This document shows, in pieces, positions 7,406-17,202 of a stretch of DNA of 23,847 bases. The notes below the pieces were generated by a model. It was not told the DNA's origin. It saw only the letters and a program-made list of their open reading frames with translations, and did no database searches. The translations under genes were made by a program, and so were the position numbers. The stretch covers positions 1 through 23,847 of the forward strand of contig JBHHTW010000033.1 in assembly GCA_046861385.1 (NCBI GenBank). The letters are read 5' to 3'. The stretch is from Fidelibacterota bacterium. Lineage in GTDB: Bacteria > Fidelibacterota > Marinisomatia > Marinisomatales > TCS55. Every line of letters begins with the position of its first letter. The stretch's first letter is position 1.

Positions 7406-8506
7406 ATGAGTATGGCGAATATATATGTAATAGGTTCGGGAATGATCGGCAGTGCTATGGCGCTGGATCTTGCCAAAGATCACTGTGTTTCCCTCTCGGA
7501 TTTTAATCAATCTGCTCTGAATGCTATTAAAGAACAAAATAACTCAATTCATATCCAGCAACTGGATGTAAAAAATTATCATGCATTATCTCAATGGATA
7601 AAACCAGCGGATATTGTTCTTTTGGCCGTTCCGGGATTTCTCGGATATGAAACATTAAAAACCGTTATTGAAGCAGGAAAGAATGTAGTGGATATTTCTT
7701 TTTCTCCAGAAAATGTCCTGAATCTTTCCTCACTTGCAAAAAATATGGGTGTAATCGCTATTGTTGACGCCGGTGTTGCTCCCGGAATTCCCAATTACCT
7801 TTTGGGTTATCATGATTCTAAAATGGAAATTCAGTCCTTTGAATATTCTGTGGGTGGTCTGCCTAAATACCCGAAACCTCCATTTCACTATAAAGCTCCT
7901 TTTTCTCCGATTGATGTTATTGAAGAATATACAAGACCCGCCAGAATGATGATTAATGGCGAATTGATTACAAAACCGGCTTTATCTGATATAGAATTAA
8001 TCCACTTTGAAGATATTGGGGAATTAGAGGCATTTAATTCAGATGGTTTGCGATCTATCCTCACCACCATGGATCATATTTCCAATATGAGGGAGAAAAC
8101 GCTGCGTTATCCCGGACACGCTGAATTAATGATAAAATACCGAGACAGAGGACTTTTTACGGATTCCAGAATTGTTGAAACATCAAAAAAATTATTCAAT
8201 GAATGGAAACTTGAAAAAAATGAACCCGAATTTACCATTATGAAAATTTGTATTTCAGGAACAATGAATGGAGCTGAAAAGGTAATTGAATACCATTTAT
8301 ATGATGAATATGAATCAAGAACAAAAATCTCATCCATGTCTAGAACCACCGGCTATACAGCCACCGCAACTATAAATATGGTACTAAACAATCTCTGGAC
8401 AGAATTCGGTGTCTTCCCTCCTGAAATAATTGGGCAGAAGGAAGAATGTACTGATTATATTTTGGATTATTTAAAAGAAAGGACTGTTAGAATAATTAAA
8501 CAATAG
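7406..8506 (+). CDS. Saccharopine dehydrogenase / lysine 6-dehydrogenase family oxidoreductase
   Basis: Rossmann GSGMIG, AVPGFLG, VVDISF, DAGVAPG, VGGLP, IEEYTRPAR, AFNSDGLR, EKTLRYPGH, SSMSRTTGY. Confidence 0.88.
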   Translation: MSMANIYVIGSGMIGSAMALDLAKDHCVSLSDFNQSALNAIKEQNNSIHIQQLDVKNYHALSQWIKPADIVLLAVPGFLGYETLKTVIEAGKNVVDISFSPENVLNLSSLAKNMGVIAIVDAGVAPGIPNYLLGYHDSKMEIQSFEYSVGGLPKYPKPPFHYKAPFSPIDVIEEYTRPARMMINGELITKPALSDIELIHFEDIGELEAFNSDGLRSILTTMDHISNMREKTLRYPGHAELMIKYRDRGLFTDSRIVETSKKLFNEWKLEKNEPEFTIMKICISGTMNGAEKVIEYHLYDEYESRTKISSMSRTTGYTATATINMVLNNLWTEFGVFPPEIIGQKEECTDYILDYLKERTVRIIKQ

Positions 8507-8574
8507 TCAACAATGAAAAAACATTACGCTGGTGATGACCATGTTCATTTTTTATTAAACACCCCATTTTATTT

Positions 8575-8796
8575 ATCACAAGGGGGTTACGACGAAGTGA
8601 TCTCCACAGCCTGACCATGTTATTTGGGCAGGAGGGCTCCGGGCATGTCCGGAGAATCATGATGACTATTTATTATTCAATACAAGGAGATTGCTTCTGT
8701 TTCTCTGGAAACATCGCAATGACATATTTTTTTCCTTTTTTTAACAACCAACACTCAATTTGTCATCACGAGGAGGTTACGACGAAGTGATCTCCA
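8575..8796. repeat. Cluster of REP/RPE-like extragenic palindromes
   Basis: Two direct 32 bp copies (8575-8606 and 8765-8796, 30/32 identical, ATCACRAGGRGGTTACGACGAAGTGATCTCCA) bracket an inverted related copy at 8686-8724. There are additional hairpins at 8610-8632 and 8637-8654. Confidence 0.8.
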
Positions 8797-8943
8797 TGGT
8801 TATGTTAATACCTAGACCTAAATTAAGCGATTTCATTTTGTTTCCCTCTCGATAAGTTCAAAACTCTTTAGATTATTCTAATTTTGGAGTTTATTTGATG
8901 CTTCTTAATGAACAAGCAAATGGTTATCTAATTTCGGATGGAT

Positions 8944-8973
8944 AAAAAAAGGGCTCCGAGTTGGAGCCCTTTT
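8944..8973 (-). terminator. Intrinsic terminator of susC-susD (possibly bidirectional)
   Basis: AAAAAAA-GGGCTCC-GAGTT-GGAGCCC-TTTT: a perfect 7 bp GC-rich stem with a U7 tail on the minus strand, 38 bp past the susD stop. Confidence 0.88.
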
Positions 8974-9011
8974 CATCATTAAGATATTCTTAATACAGAT
9001 TATTAATCCGC

Positions 9012-10262
9012 TTACTCCGTTTCAGGAATAGGAAACGTCACTACCGCATCTCCGTCACGATCCAATGGTAATTCATCCGTTCTTCCATAATGACGCATAT
9101 CTTGCAACCGTTGTCCTTCAAAAAATAGGGAATAGCGTTTTTCATATAGAACTCGGTCTTCTGCGTTCGAAGCACCTGTGCCTGAATAATCAGCTAAACC
9201 GGCTGCTGCGCGGACAATATTCATATTTGTTTCAGCTGAAGAATAATCTCCTGTACCGATGTATGCTTCTGCTTGAAGAAGGATCAATTCTTCATTCCGG
9301 ATGATTGGTATTGGATCGTATGAACTTGTCCAAACGGTGGGAGCCAGAAAACTTTCCAGATTATCATACTTAATCGTATCGGATCGGGTCGTTACTTTAC
9401 TGCTGTAACGAAGGTCACCTGATTCTGCTTCTGTGGCATAGGACGGATGAACCATTAGTTTAATCACATCCGCATCCGAAGCTTCAAACATTTCATTATC
9501 CTGATCATTCGAAGATGAACTGAAGACGTGGAATACACCATCGTCCAGATCGCCTGATGCATCAAGAAATGAGTTTCCCAAGGCAGTTAATGCAGTGGTG
9601 TAATCACTTTGCTGAACAGCTACACGTGCTCTGAGTGCTCGGTTGAATTCTCCAAATGTCGATGGTGTATCAAAGCCGTCAAACCCGGTAGATAATGAAA
9701 ATGAAAATGAATTACCGGCTGAATTCAGATCGGCATAACCGTCTTCCAGGAGGCTCTCAATTTCATCAAGAACTTCTGATTTTGTAGCGATATCAACACT
9801 TTTATCCCCATCATAGTTCAAACGAGCGCCATTATCATCTGTCAGGCTCAAAACTCGCATTAAAGCATAAGCATGAAAGGTTTTACCAACACCAGAAGCG
9901 CCATCGTCACCAGACTCCGCTAAATTCAAACAGTTCTGGATTATTTTGTAATTGGCATTCCATGGACGGTTGCCTAAGAAACCTCCCGGATCAATTGGTC
10001 CTTTCATCAGTTCCCCAGTATATCGAGGATCTGCAGGCTCCAGGTAATAGGCTTCTCTTCCAACGACCAAGAGGTCTCGTAGATATACACCTATATCTAC
10101 TCTCATACCTGCCTCAGCGCCAGTGACCAGTGATTGAATAGTTGCCACATCTGGTGTGGGTCTATTGGGATCTGGGAAATCCAGATCCTCACATCCTACC
10201 CAAAATAAAACTGCTATCATGGGGAGGACCTTTATTATTGTATTCTTTTTAATTGATTTCAT
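9012..10262 (-). CDS. RagB/SusD family outer-membrane nutrient-binding lipoprotein
   Basis: Lipobox FWVG-C; ALRARVA; PIIRNEELILLQAEA; N.VR.AAGL; EKRYSLFFEGQRLQDMRHYG. GAGGAGG RBS; directly downstream of a SusC-type gene. Confidence 0.92.
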   Translation of the reverse strand: MKSIKKNTIIKVLPMIAVLFWVGCEDLDFPDPNRPTPDVATIQSLVTGAEAGMRVDIGVYLRDLLVVGREAYYLEPADPRYTGELMKGPIDPGGFLGNRPWNANYKIIQNCLNLAESGDDGASGVGKTFHAYALMRVLSLTDDNGARLNYDGDKSVDIATKSEVLDEIESLLEDGYADLNSAGNSFSFSLSTGFDGFDTPSTFGEFNRALRARVAVQQSDYTTALTALGNSFLDASGDLDDGVFHVFSSSSNDQDNEMFEASDADVIKLMVHPSYATEAESGDLRYSSKVTTRSDTIKYDNLESFLAPTVWTSSYDPIPIIRNEELILLQAEAYIGTGDYSSAETNMNIVRAAAGLADYSGTGASNAEDRVLYEKRYSLFFEGQRLQDMRHYGRTDELPLDRDGDAVVTFPIPETE

Positions 10263-10279
10263 GATTATATCCTCCTCGA

Positions 10280-13186
10280 TTATATACCGACTGAAAGGTT
10301 AAAATAGAAACTCTTTGACAGAGGAAATGGTGCCGTATCGACTGATCCGCCAACCGCTTCATTTCCAAACTGGCTCACTTCCGGACTTAAACCCGTATAT
10401 TTCGTGTCCAGCCACAGGTTTCGCCCAGAAACCCCCACCTGAAGAAAAGTGACGCCGACAGCATCAGACAAATTCCTAGGTAGAGTATAGTTTAGGTTTA
10501 TTTCCCTAAGGGCGGTGTAAGTCGTAGATTCGATATAAGGCTTTGTAACCGATCCGAGGCCGCCTAAGCGGTCAGAACCATTTTTTTCGTAATCTGCGGT
10601 TGTACCACCCAGATCATAAATCAGGTTCGCTAAATTAATTGCATGGCCGCCTTCCTTATGATCAATCAGAAATGAAAAGTTCACTGGACCAAATGTTAAT
10701 CCATTGAAAAATGAGATTTGGTAATCCGGTGTTTCATTACCAAGTTCGATGTATTCGCCATTATCATCCACCTCGCTTCCCACAATTGCGGTGGGTGACC
10801 ATCCTTCAGCAATATGGTATGTTCCCAGGAATGTGGCAAAACCACCATAATTATATGCATCAACATTCAGCTTAGTCACTTCTGATTCTGTATGATAGTA
10901 ATTAGTCCGAAAAACCCAGTCTAATCCAAGAAAGCTCACAAGTTTGGTAGGATTCAAAGTAACCGATAATTCTGTCCCTTTTGTTTCCATTTCACCGCCA
11001 TTCTCCCAACTGGAACTAAATCCCGAGGAAGCCGGCATGTCAACTTGCAAAATGAGATCAGTAATATTCTGGGTAAACATGGTTGCTTCTACAACAGCGA
11101 ATCCACCCATAAGTGAAAAGTCAACACCAAATTCGGTCTCAACGGTCCGTTCCGGTTTAATTTTTGAATTTCCTTTAACTGATGATGGTATCAAACCGTT
11201 TATGCCTCCAGTATTGGCAAGTATCATACCGGTATATTTTGCACTCGAGCTTGGCATATTACCTGTCTCACCCCTGGCAAATCTCAGTTTCAAATTATCA
11301 AACATTCCGGCGAATTCGCCAAATTGATAAGATGCGGCCATTTTCGGATACCATTCCAAATCTTCAGTATTTCCCATGGTACTGGACTTATCACCCCGGG
11401 CGCCAAAAGCCACATAGATATTATCACCAACAGAAACCTCTTCTTGAACAAACAGCCCTCTGTCCTGTTGTTTTCTTCTGGTATGATATGCTGCCTGAGT
11501 ACTGGCCTGATCCACATTTTCCTGTGTGGGAACCATCCCTGTGGCGTGGACAAATAAACTATTCCTGTCCCGGGTTTCATATTGCTGACCGGCAGTTGTA
11601 TTAAATGACATACCGCTCATTTTCATCTTATGAACCAAGTTCAAATAGAGGTTTGTATTCAAATTATCCGTTGTTGTCATCACAGACTGCCCGGCATCTG
11701 TCTTACTTTCTTCAATCTGTAGAAATGGAGGTGCGAAAACCGTATTTTCCTGGTTATAAAAATCCGCTCCTGCGATGGCCATAAATTTCAGGCTTTGCGT
11801 TGACTGCTGGAAAAGGCTATAATCAAATTGTATGGATGTTAACGCACGGTGCGTCAATTCATTGTTCACAAAATATTCAGCTGTTTCCAGCGGGTTGGAT
11901 GGGTTCATTGGATGGGTTGGAAAAACACCATCGCCATCTGTATCCCGAATGTCAATAAAGCTTGGTGTAAAACCAATGGAAAAACCATAAGTCAAGTTGG
12001 TATTGTCGTTTCCGGTCACACCCCTATCGGCACTGGTTCTGACAATATTGGCTGTAACAGAAACATTAGCTTTATCACTGAAATGATGATCCACATTCAC
12101 CCTTCCGGAGATTTTTTCGTATCCGGTATTTTTTATAATACCGCCTTCATCCATAAATTGACCACCGATATAGAATTGGGTTTTCTCATTCCCGCCTGCG
12201 GCGCTGAATGTATGTTCGGTCAATTTTCCTGTTTCACCATAAAGGATTTCTTCATAATCAAAATCATTTTTTGCCCAATTTCCATTGGCATCATTACCTA
12301 ACGCAGCATTATCGGCACCATATTGTTCTTCAGCTTCTGCATATGTTTCAAATACTCGATGTCCCATTTTATGTAATAGTTCGGAAGTACCTTTGCGCAC
12401 TGAGTAGTTGAATTTTGTTTTACCGCCTCGTCCTTTTTTGGTATTGATAATAATCACACCATTGGAAGCTTTAGCGCCATACATGGCTGCCGCGCTGGCT
12501 CCTTTTAACACTTCAATAGTAGCAATGTCATTAGGATTAATATCGCCAATTCGGTTTGTGGGCTGCCCTTGAGGTCGGGAACTACCTGCACCCGTGGCTG
12601 CTGTCACAACGTCAATACCGGATTGATTTGCATCGTTATTTACAATAACACCGTCAATTACGTATAGCGGTTGTGTGCCACCAGTCAGCGTGGATGAGCC
12701 ACGCAAGCTCACGTTAATACCGCCGCCAGGTGCGCCCGTGTTCCTACGAATATTGACACCGGCAAATTTTCCACTGAGTGCGCCATCCAAAGTTTGGGTT
12801 GGTGCGTTCACCAGTTCATCGCCGGTAACAACCGCAACTGCATTGGCAGCGTTTCTGCGTTTGACGGTAGTGGCAAGACCAGTCACTATAACTTCATCCT
12901 GCCTTAAAACATCTGTTTCAAGTGCAATATTTAAGTCGCCATCACCTACTGTAACTTCCTGTGTTTTGTAACCAATATAAGCTACCATCAGGACATCGCC
13001 CGTCGCAGCTTCAATTGAAAATTCACCTCTGTCATCTGTGGTCGTACCAACAAATGTTCCTTTGACAAACACAGATGTTCCGATGAGTGGCTCCCCTGTT
13101 TTTGCATCAGTAACCGTACCCGAAACAGCTCCAAATGCTATTCCAACGGTTAAAAATACAATAAGTATCGTTTTAAGGATGCGCAT
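10280..13186 (-). CDS. SusC/RagA family TonB-dependent outer-membrane transporter
   Basis: Signal peptide, CarboxypepD_reg-like N-domain (GTVTD.KTGEPLIG), plug signature PLYVIDGV...DINPNDIATIEVLKGASAAAMYGAKASNGVIIINTKKG, beta-barrel C-terminus, AGGAGG RBS. Confidence 0.95.
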   Translation of the reverse strand: MRILKTILIVFLTVGIAFGAVSGTVTDAKTGEPLIGTSVFVKGTFVGTTTDDRGEFSIEAATGDVLMVAYIGYKTQEVTVGDGDLNIALETDVLRQDEVIVTGLATTVKRRNAANAVAVVTGDELVNAPTQTLDGALSGKFAGVNIRRNTGAPGGGINVSLRGSSTLTGGTQPLYVIDGVIVNNDANQSGIDVVTAATGAGSSRPQGQPTNRIGDINPNDIATIEVLKGASAAAMYGAKASNGVIIINTKKGRGGKTKFNYSVRKGTSELLHKMGHRVFETYAEAEEQYGADNAALGNDANGNWAKNDFDYEEILYGETGKLTEHTFSAAGGNEKTQFYIGGQFMDEGGIIKNTGYEKISGRVNVDHHFSDKANVSVTANIVRTSADRGVTGNDNTNLTYGFSIGFTPSFIDIRDTDGDGVFPTHPMNPSNPLETAEYFVNNELTHRALTSIQFDYSLFQQSTQSLKFMAIAGADFYNQENTVFAPPFLQIEESKTDAGQSVMTTTDNLNTNLYLNLVHKMKMSGMSFNTTAGQQYETRDRNSLFVHATGMVPTQENVDQASTQAAYHTRRKQQDRGLFVQEEVSVGDNIYVAFGARGDKSSTMGNTEDLEWYPKMAASYQFGEFAGMFDNLKLRFARGETGNMPSSSAKYTGMILANTGGINGLIPSSVKGNSKIKPERTVETEFGVDFSLMGGFAVVEATMFTQNITDLILQVDMPASSGFSSSWENGGEMETKGTELSVTLNPTKLVSFLGLDWVFRTNYYHTESEVTKLNVDAYNYGGFATFLGTYHIAEGWSPTAIVGSEVDDNGEYIELGNETPDYQISFFNGLTFGPVNFSFLIDHKEGGHAINLANLIYDLGGTTADYEKNGSDRLGGLGSVTKPYIESTTYTALREINLNYTLPRNLSDAVGVTFLQVGVSGRNLWLDTKYTGLSPEVSQFGNEAVGGSVDTAPFPLSKSFYFNLSVGI

Positions 13187-13610
13187 ATAGCCTCCTATAT
13201 GTTGATTATTTTGAATCTTTCTCTCTGAGTGATGCGGGAAAATATCTGAGCTTCCCCGGCAACACCTCCTTGCGTAATCTGTCTGAACTTCCGCTGAAAA
13301 AAATAGAAATACAAGAAATAAATTTTTTACCTTACAACTACAGTTTTTCCATGACCAAACCCTAAAATGCTTTGTGCTGAAAGTTGCCGGTCATCCTGAT
13401 TTTTTCTCTCTCAAGTTGGTATCGGCAGATTTGAGTGTACAAAACCATTGCTCATTTCTTGATAGACAGATATTTTTTTACCCTCTACAGAATTTTTTTT
13501 AATTTTAATACCATGACGATTTTCCCTGAATTGCTGTACAATATCTTTTCGAATATTTAGAATAAATAACCATAAATTGTTTAATTGATTTTACATTGAT
13601 AAAATAACTA

Positions 13611-16439
13611 TTGATGACAAGATATTTACCTCCAACAGACGATTTCATTTCCAGACATATTGGCTCAAATGACGCTGAAATCAATGATATGCTTAAAACA
13701 ATTGGACTTTCTTCCCTGGAAGAGCTTGTCCAAAAAACGATTCCAGCTGAAGTATTGGATACGAGTTTAATTGATTCATTCGAGCCAAGTGACGAGTTCG
13801 AGACAATCAACATATTAAAGAAGATTGCAAAAAAGAATATTATATCTCGTTCATATTTGGGGATGGGGTATACAGACACAATTATTCCTCCAGTGATATC
13901 TCGCAATATTCTCGAAAATCCCGGCTGGTATACCCAATATACTCCCTATCAGGCAGAAATAAGTCAAGGCAGATTAGAAGCCCTATTAAATTTTCAAACG
14001 ATGGTTTGTGATATTACAGGCATGAACATAGCCAATGCATCTTTACTGGATGAAGCAACAGCCGCTGCTGAAGCGATGGCAATGATTGCCAGGATCAATC
14101 CAAAGAGAACTCTTTTTTATATCTCATCCGCATGTTATCCCCAAACAATTGACGTTTTAAAAACACGGGCTGAATCCATGAGTATTGATTTAATCATTAC
14201 CGATGAAGATCAATTTAGGTTCGATGATAGTACACTTGGATATTTAGTCCAATATCCCACGTCTGATGGCAAAATCGCAGATTATTCCACTCTATGCAGC
14301 CAAGCTCACGAACATAGAAGTTTAGTGGCAGTTGCAGCAGACTTGCTCAGTTTATCCATATTAAAACCTCCTGGAGAATGGGGAGCTGATATCGTTATCG
14401 GCAGCGCGCAGCGATTTGGTGTTCCTATGGGTTATGGCGGTCCCCATGCTGCTTTTTTTGCAACCCACAAAAAATACGAACGGAAAGTTCCGGGCAGAAT
14501 GATCGGTGTTTCAAAGGACGTTCATCGTAATCCTGCTTTACGAATGGCGCTGCAGACCCGTGAACAACATATCCGCCGTGACCGGGCCACCTCTAATATT
14601 TGCACTGCCCAAGTTTTATTGGCAATTATTTCCGGGATGTATGCGGTGTATCATGGGCCAAAAGGAATTAAACGGATCGCAGAAAGAATACATTCCTTGA
14701 CAAAAATACTCGCTAATTCTCTTGAAATAGCCGGTTATGAAATAATGCATGGTACTTTTTTTGATACGATTCGAATTATAGCAAATTTAGGTCTTATACA
14801 AAAAGCAGAATCCGCCGGAATGTTATTATGGGATTATCATGATGGAAGCATGGGGATTACATTAGATGAAACAACTACTTTAGCAGATTTAAATGACATT
14901 CTTGACATTTTCGATGCAAAACTTAATACAGAGGTCATTGATATAATTCCTAATAATCTGAAGAGAACATCATCGTATTTAGATCACCCGGTTTTTCATT
15001 CTTATCATTCTGAAACAGAGATGCTCAGATATATATATAAGTTGCAGCAAAAAGATATTTCCCTGGCAAACAGTATGATTCCTTTGGGTTCATGTACAAT
15101 GAAACTGAATGCCACTACGGAAATGATGAGTATTACCTGGCCGGAATTTACAAACATCCATCCGTTTGCGCCTGCTGAACACACAAAAGGATATTCACAA
15201 TTATTTGATGAATTGGGTAGATGGCTGTGTAAAATGACTGGTTTTACAGGATACTCATTTCAACCGAATTCCGGCGCTCAGGGAGAATTCACCGGTTTAA
15301 AAGTTATTTTAGCCTTTCATAAAAATAACGGGGACAGTCATCGGAATATTTGTCTCATTCCGGCATCTGCCCACGGAACAAATCCTGCAAGCGCTGTGAT
15401 GAACGGGTTGAAAGTAATTGTCGTGAACTGTGATGACAGAGGGAACATCGATTTAGATGATTTGCAGTTAAAAGCTGAAATGTATTCTGAAAACCTCGCC
15501 GCATTTATGGTGACGTACCCATCCACCCATGGAGTTTTTGAAGCGGATATTAAGGCTATCTGCAAAACTATCCATCAAAACGGTGGACAGGTGTACTTAG
15601 ACGGCGCAAATTTCAATGCGCTGGTGGGTTTATGTAAACCAGCGAATTTTGGAGCTGATATTTGTCATATTAATCTCCACAAAACATTTTGTATTCCTCA
15701 TGGCGGTGGCGGTCCCGGGATGGGGCCTATCTTTTCAAAAGAGCATCTTTCTCCTTTTCTTCCGAATCATCCTATTGTATCGGCAAAGGGTGAACATAAT
15801 ATTTCCGCTGTATCTGCTGCTCCATACGGAAGCGCCAGCATTCTGCCTATCTCCTGGGCTTACTTAAAAATGCTTGGGAACTCCGGATTAAAAAAAGCAA
15901 CACAAGTCGCCATCCTCAATGCAAATTACATGGCAAACCAACTCAGTGAACATTTTGATATTTTATATACAGGTCAAAATGATATGGTTGCCCATGAATT
16001 TATTGTAGATGTACGTCCCCTTCGTAAATCAAGCGGAATAACCGATGAGGATATCGCAAAACGATTGATAGATTATGGGTTCCATGCTCCAACCATGTCT
16101 TTTCCTGTTCCGGGGACATTGATGATAGAACCCACTGAAAGTGAAAATAAATCAGAACTGGATAGATTCTGCCAAGCATTAATACAAATTAAGGAAGAAA
16201 TATTTGCAGTTGAAACCGGAAAATTTGATAAAGAAGATAATGTTCTAAAAAATGCACCGCACACTGCCCTGCATATTTCTTCTGATGACTGGTCGCATCC
16301 GTATTCTAGGGAATTAGCTGCTTATCCGGCGGAGTGGACTACAGATTCAAAATTCTGGCCTTCTGTTGGCCGCATTGATAATGCATTTGGTGACAGAAAT
16401 CTAGTCTGTATCTGTCCGCCTATTGAAGAATATGAATAA
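13611..16439 (+). CDS. gcvP: Glycine dehydrogenase (decarboxylating), single-chain P-protein; ATG at 13614 is the likelier start
   Basis: [59 protein letters not shown] Lys motif [22 protein letters not shown]. Confidence 0.97.
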   Translation: MMTRYLPPTDDFISRHIGSNDAEINDMLKTIGLSSLEELVQKTIPAEVLDTSLIDSFEPSDEFETINILKKIAKKNIISRSYLGMGYTDTIIPPVISRNILENPGWYTQYTPYQAEISQGRLEALLNFQTMVCDITGMNIANASLLDEATAAAEAMAMIARINPKRTLFYISSACYPQTIDVLKTRAESMSIDLIITDEDQFRFDDSTLGYLVQYPTSDGKIADYSTLCSQAHEHRSLVAVAADLLSLSILKPPGEWGADIVIGSAQRFGVPMGYGGPHAAFFATHKKYERKVPGRMIGVSKDVHRNPALRMALQTREQHIRRDRATSNICTAQVLLAIISGMYAVYHGPKGIKRIAERIHSLTKILANSLEIAGYEIMHGTFFDTIRIIANLGLIQKAESAGMLLWDYHDGSMGITLDETTTLADLNDILDIFDAKLNTEVIDIIPNNLKRTSSYLDHPVFHSYHSETEMLRYIYKLQQKDISLANSMIPLGSCTMKLNATTEMMSITWPEFTNIHPFAPAEHTKGYSQLFDELGRWLCKMTGFTGYSFQPNSGAQGEFTGLKVILAFHKNNGDSHRNICLIPASAHGTNPASAVMNGLKVIVVNCDDRGNIDLDDLQLKAEMYSENLAAFMVTYPSTHGVFEADIKAICKTIHQNGGQVYLDGANFNALVGLCKPANFGADICHINLHKTFCIPHGGGGPGMGPIFSKEHLSPFLPNHPIVSAKGEHNISAVSAAPYGSASILPISWAYLKMLGNSGLKKATQVAILNANYMANQLSEHFDILYTGQNDMVAHEFIVDVRPLRKSSGITDEDIAKRLIDYGFHAPTMSFPVPGTLMIEPTESENKSELDRFCQALIQIKEEIFAVETGKFDKEDNVLKNAPHTALHISSDDWSHPYSRELAAYPAEWTTDSKFWPSVGRIDNAFGDRNLVCICPPIEEYE

Positions 16440-16441
16440 TC

Positions 16442-16469
16442 TGTACATTATATTGTACAATATTGTACA
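16442..16469. promoter_or_regulatory. Triple TGTACA operator of the Phd/YefM-VapC module
   Basis: TGTACA at 16442, 16454 and 16464; perfect palindrome TGTACAATATTGTACA at 16454-16469. TGTACA is the core of the E. coli yefM-yoeB operator. Confidence 0.75.
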
Positions 16470-16501
16470 TTCTCCTGTTTAATTAACAACAGGAGTTTAT
16501 T

Positions 16502-16732
16502 ATGAAGCATATTCCTTTCTCTGAATTCAGAAAAAATGCTTCCAAATTGATCACAGATGTAGAACATGGAGAAATCATTTATTTAACACGCCATGGGAAA
16601 TTAATCGCAGAAATTTCACCGGCTGAAATAGAAGAAAAAAAGATTCCCTCATGGAAAAAAGAAGCATTGAGATTAGCTATTCGTGGTGAAGGATTATCTA
16701 CTGCAATACTAGAAGAAAGAGAAGTGGCTTAA
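16502..16732 (+). CDS. Phd/YefM family antitoxin
   Basis: M..I.FSEFRKNASKLI..VEHGE.I.LTRHGK.IAEI; AGGAG RBS. Confidence 0.9.
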   Translation: MKHIPFSEFRKNASKLITDVEHGEIIYLTRHGKLIAEISPAEIEEKKIPSWKKEALRLAIRGEGLSTAILEEREVA

Positions 16733-17149
16733 ATGCGCGTTTTTCTGGACTCTTCCGCTTATACAAAACGATTCGTGGAAGAATCCGGCAGTCAGGAAAT
16801 TGAGAATATATGTATAGGTGCTTCCGAATTGTGCTTAAGCATTATTTGTTATCCTGAAATTATTTCTGCTTTAAATAGGCGACTTCGTGAAAAAGCTCTG
16901 AATAAACATGATTTTAAAATAGTCAAAAATCGTCTTGCCAAAGAGATGATGGATTTAGAAATAATAAATATCACATCCGCTGTGATTGGCATTACAACAA
17001 CTTTATTGGAAAAAAATGTATTGCGAGCCATGGATGCTATTCATATTGCCTGTGCAATTGACTGGGGCGCTGAACTATTTGTCACTTCTGATCAAAGACA
17101 AGGAAACGCTGCAAGGAAAGCAAAACTAAAAACAAGGATAAGTATTTAG
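16733..17149 (+). CDS. vapC: VapC-family PIN-domain toxin
   Basis: FLDSSA..K.FVEE.GS, PEI.SAL.R, LRAMDAIHIACA, FVTSD.RQ: the conserved acidic PIN residues. Abuts the antitoxin stop. Confidence 0.88.
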   Translation: MRVFLDSSAYTKRFVEESGSQEIENICIGASELCLSIICYPEIISALNRRLREKALNKHDFKIVKNRLAKEMMDLEIINITSAVIGITTTLLEKNVLRAMDAIHIACAIDWGAELFVTSDQRQGNAARKAKLKTRISI

Positions 17150-17202
17150 GGGGTTGACTAAAATGTGTATCAAAAACATTACCTATTAATTCTATAATCT
17201 AA

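Noticed and set aside
8575-8796. CRISPR array (32 bp repeat seen twice)
   Set aside because: Only two direct copies with 158 bp between them, an inverted related copy in the middle, and no cas genes; it fits REP-like elements instead.
11927-11944. DTDGDG Ca-binding-like (DxDxDG) loop in SusC
   Set aside because: A single short motif that is common in Asp/Gly-rich outer-membrane loops; too weak to call.
13190-13610. Glycine riboswitch expected upstream of gcvP
   Set aside because: No GGAGA...CCGAAG...CTCAGG aptamer pattern was found on either strand.
13505-13906. 133 aa minus-strand ORF overlapping the gcvP start
   Set aside because: Mostly antisense to the conserved gcvP N-terminus; no independent evidence.
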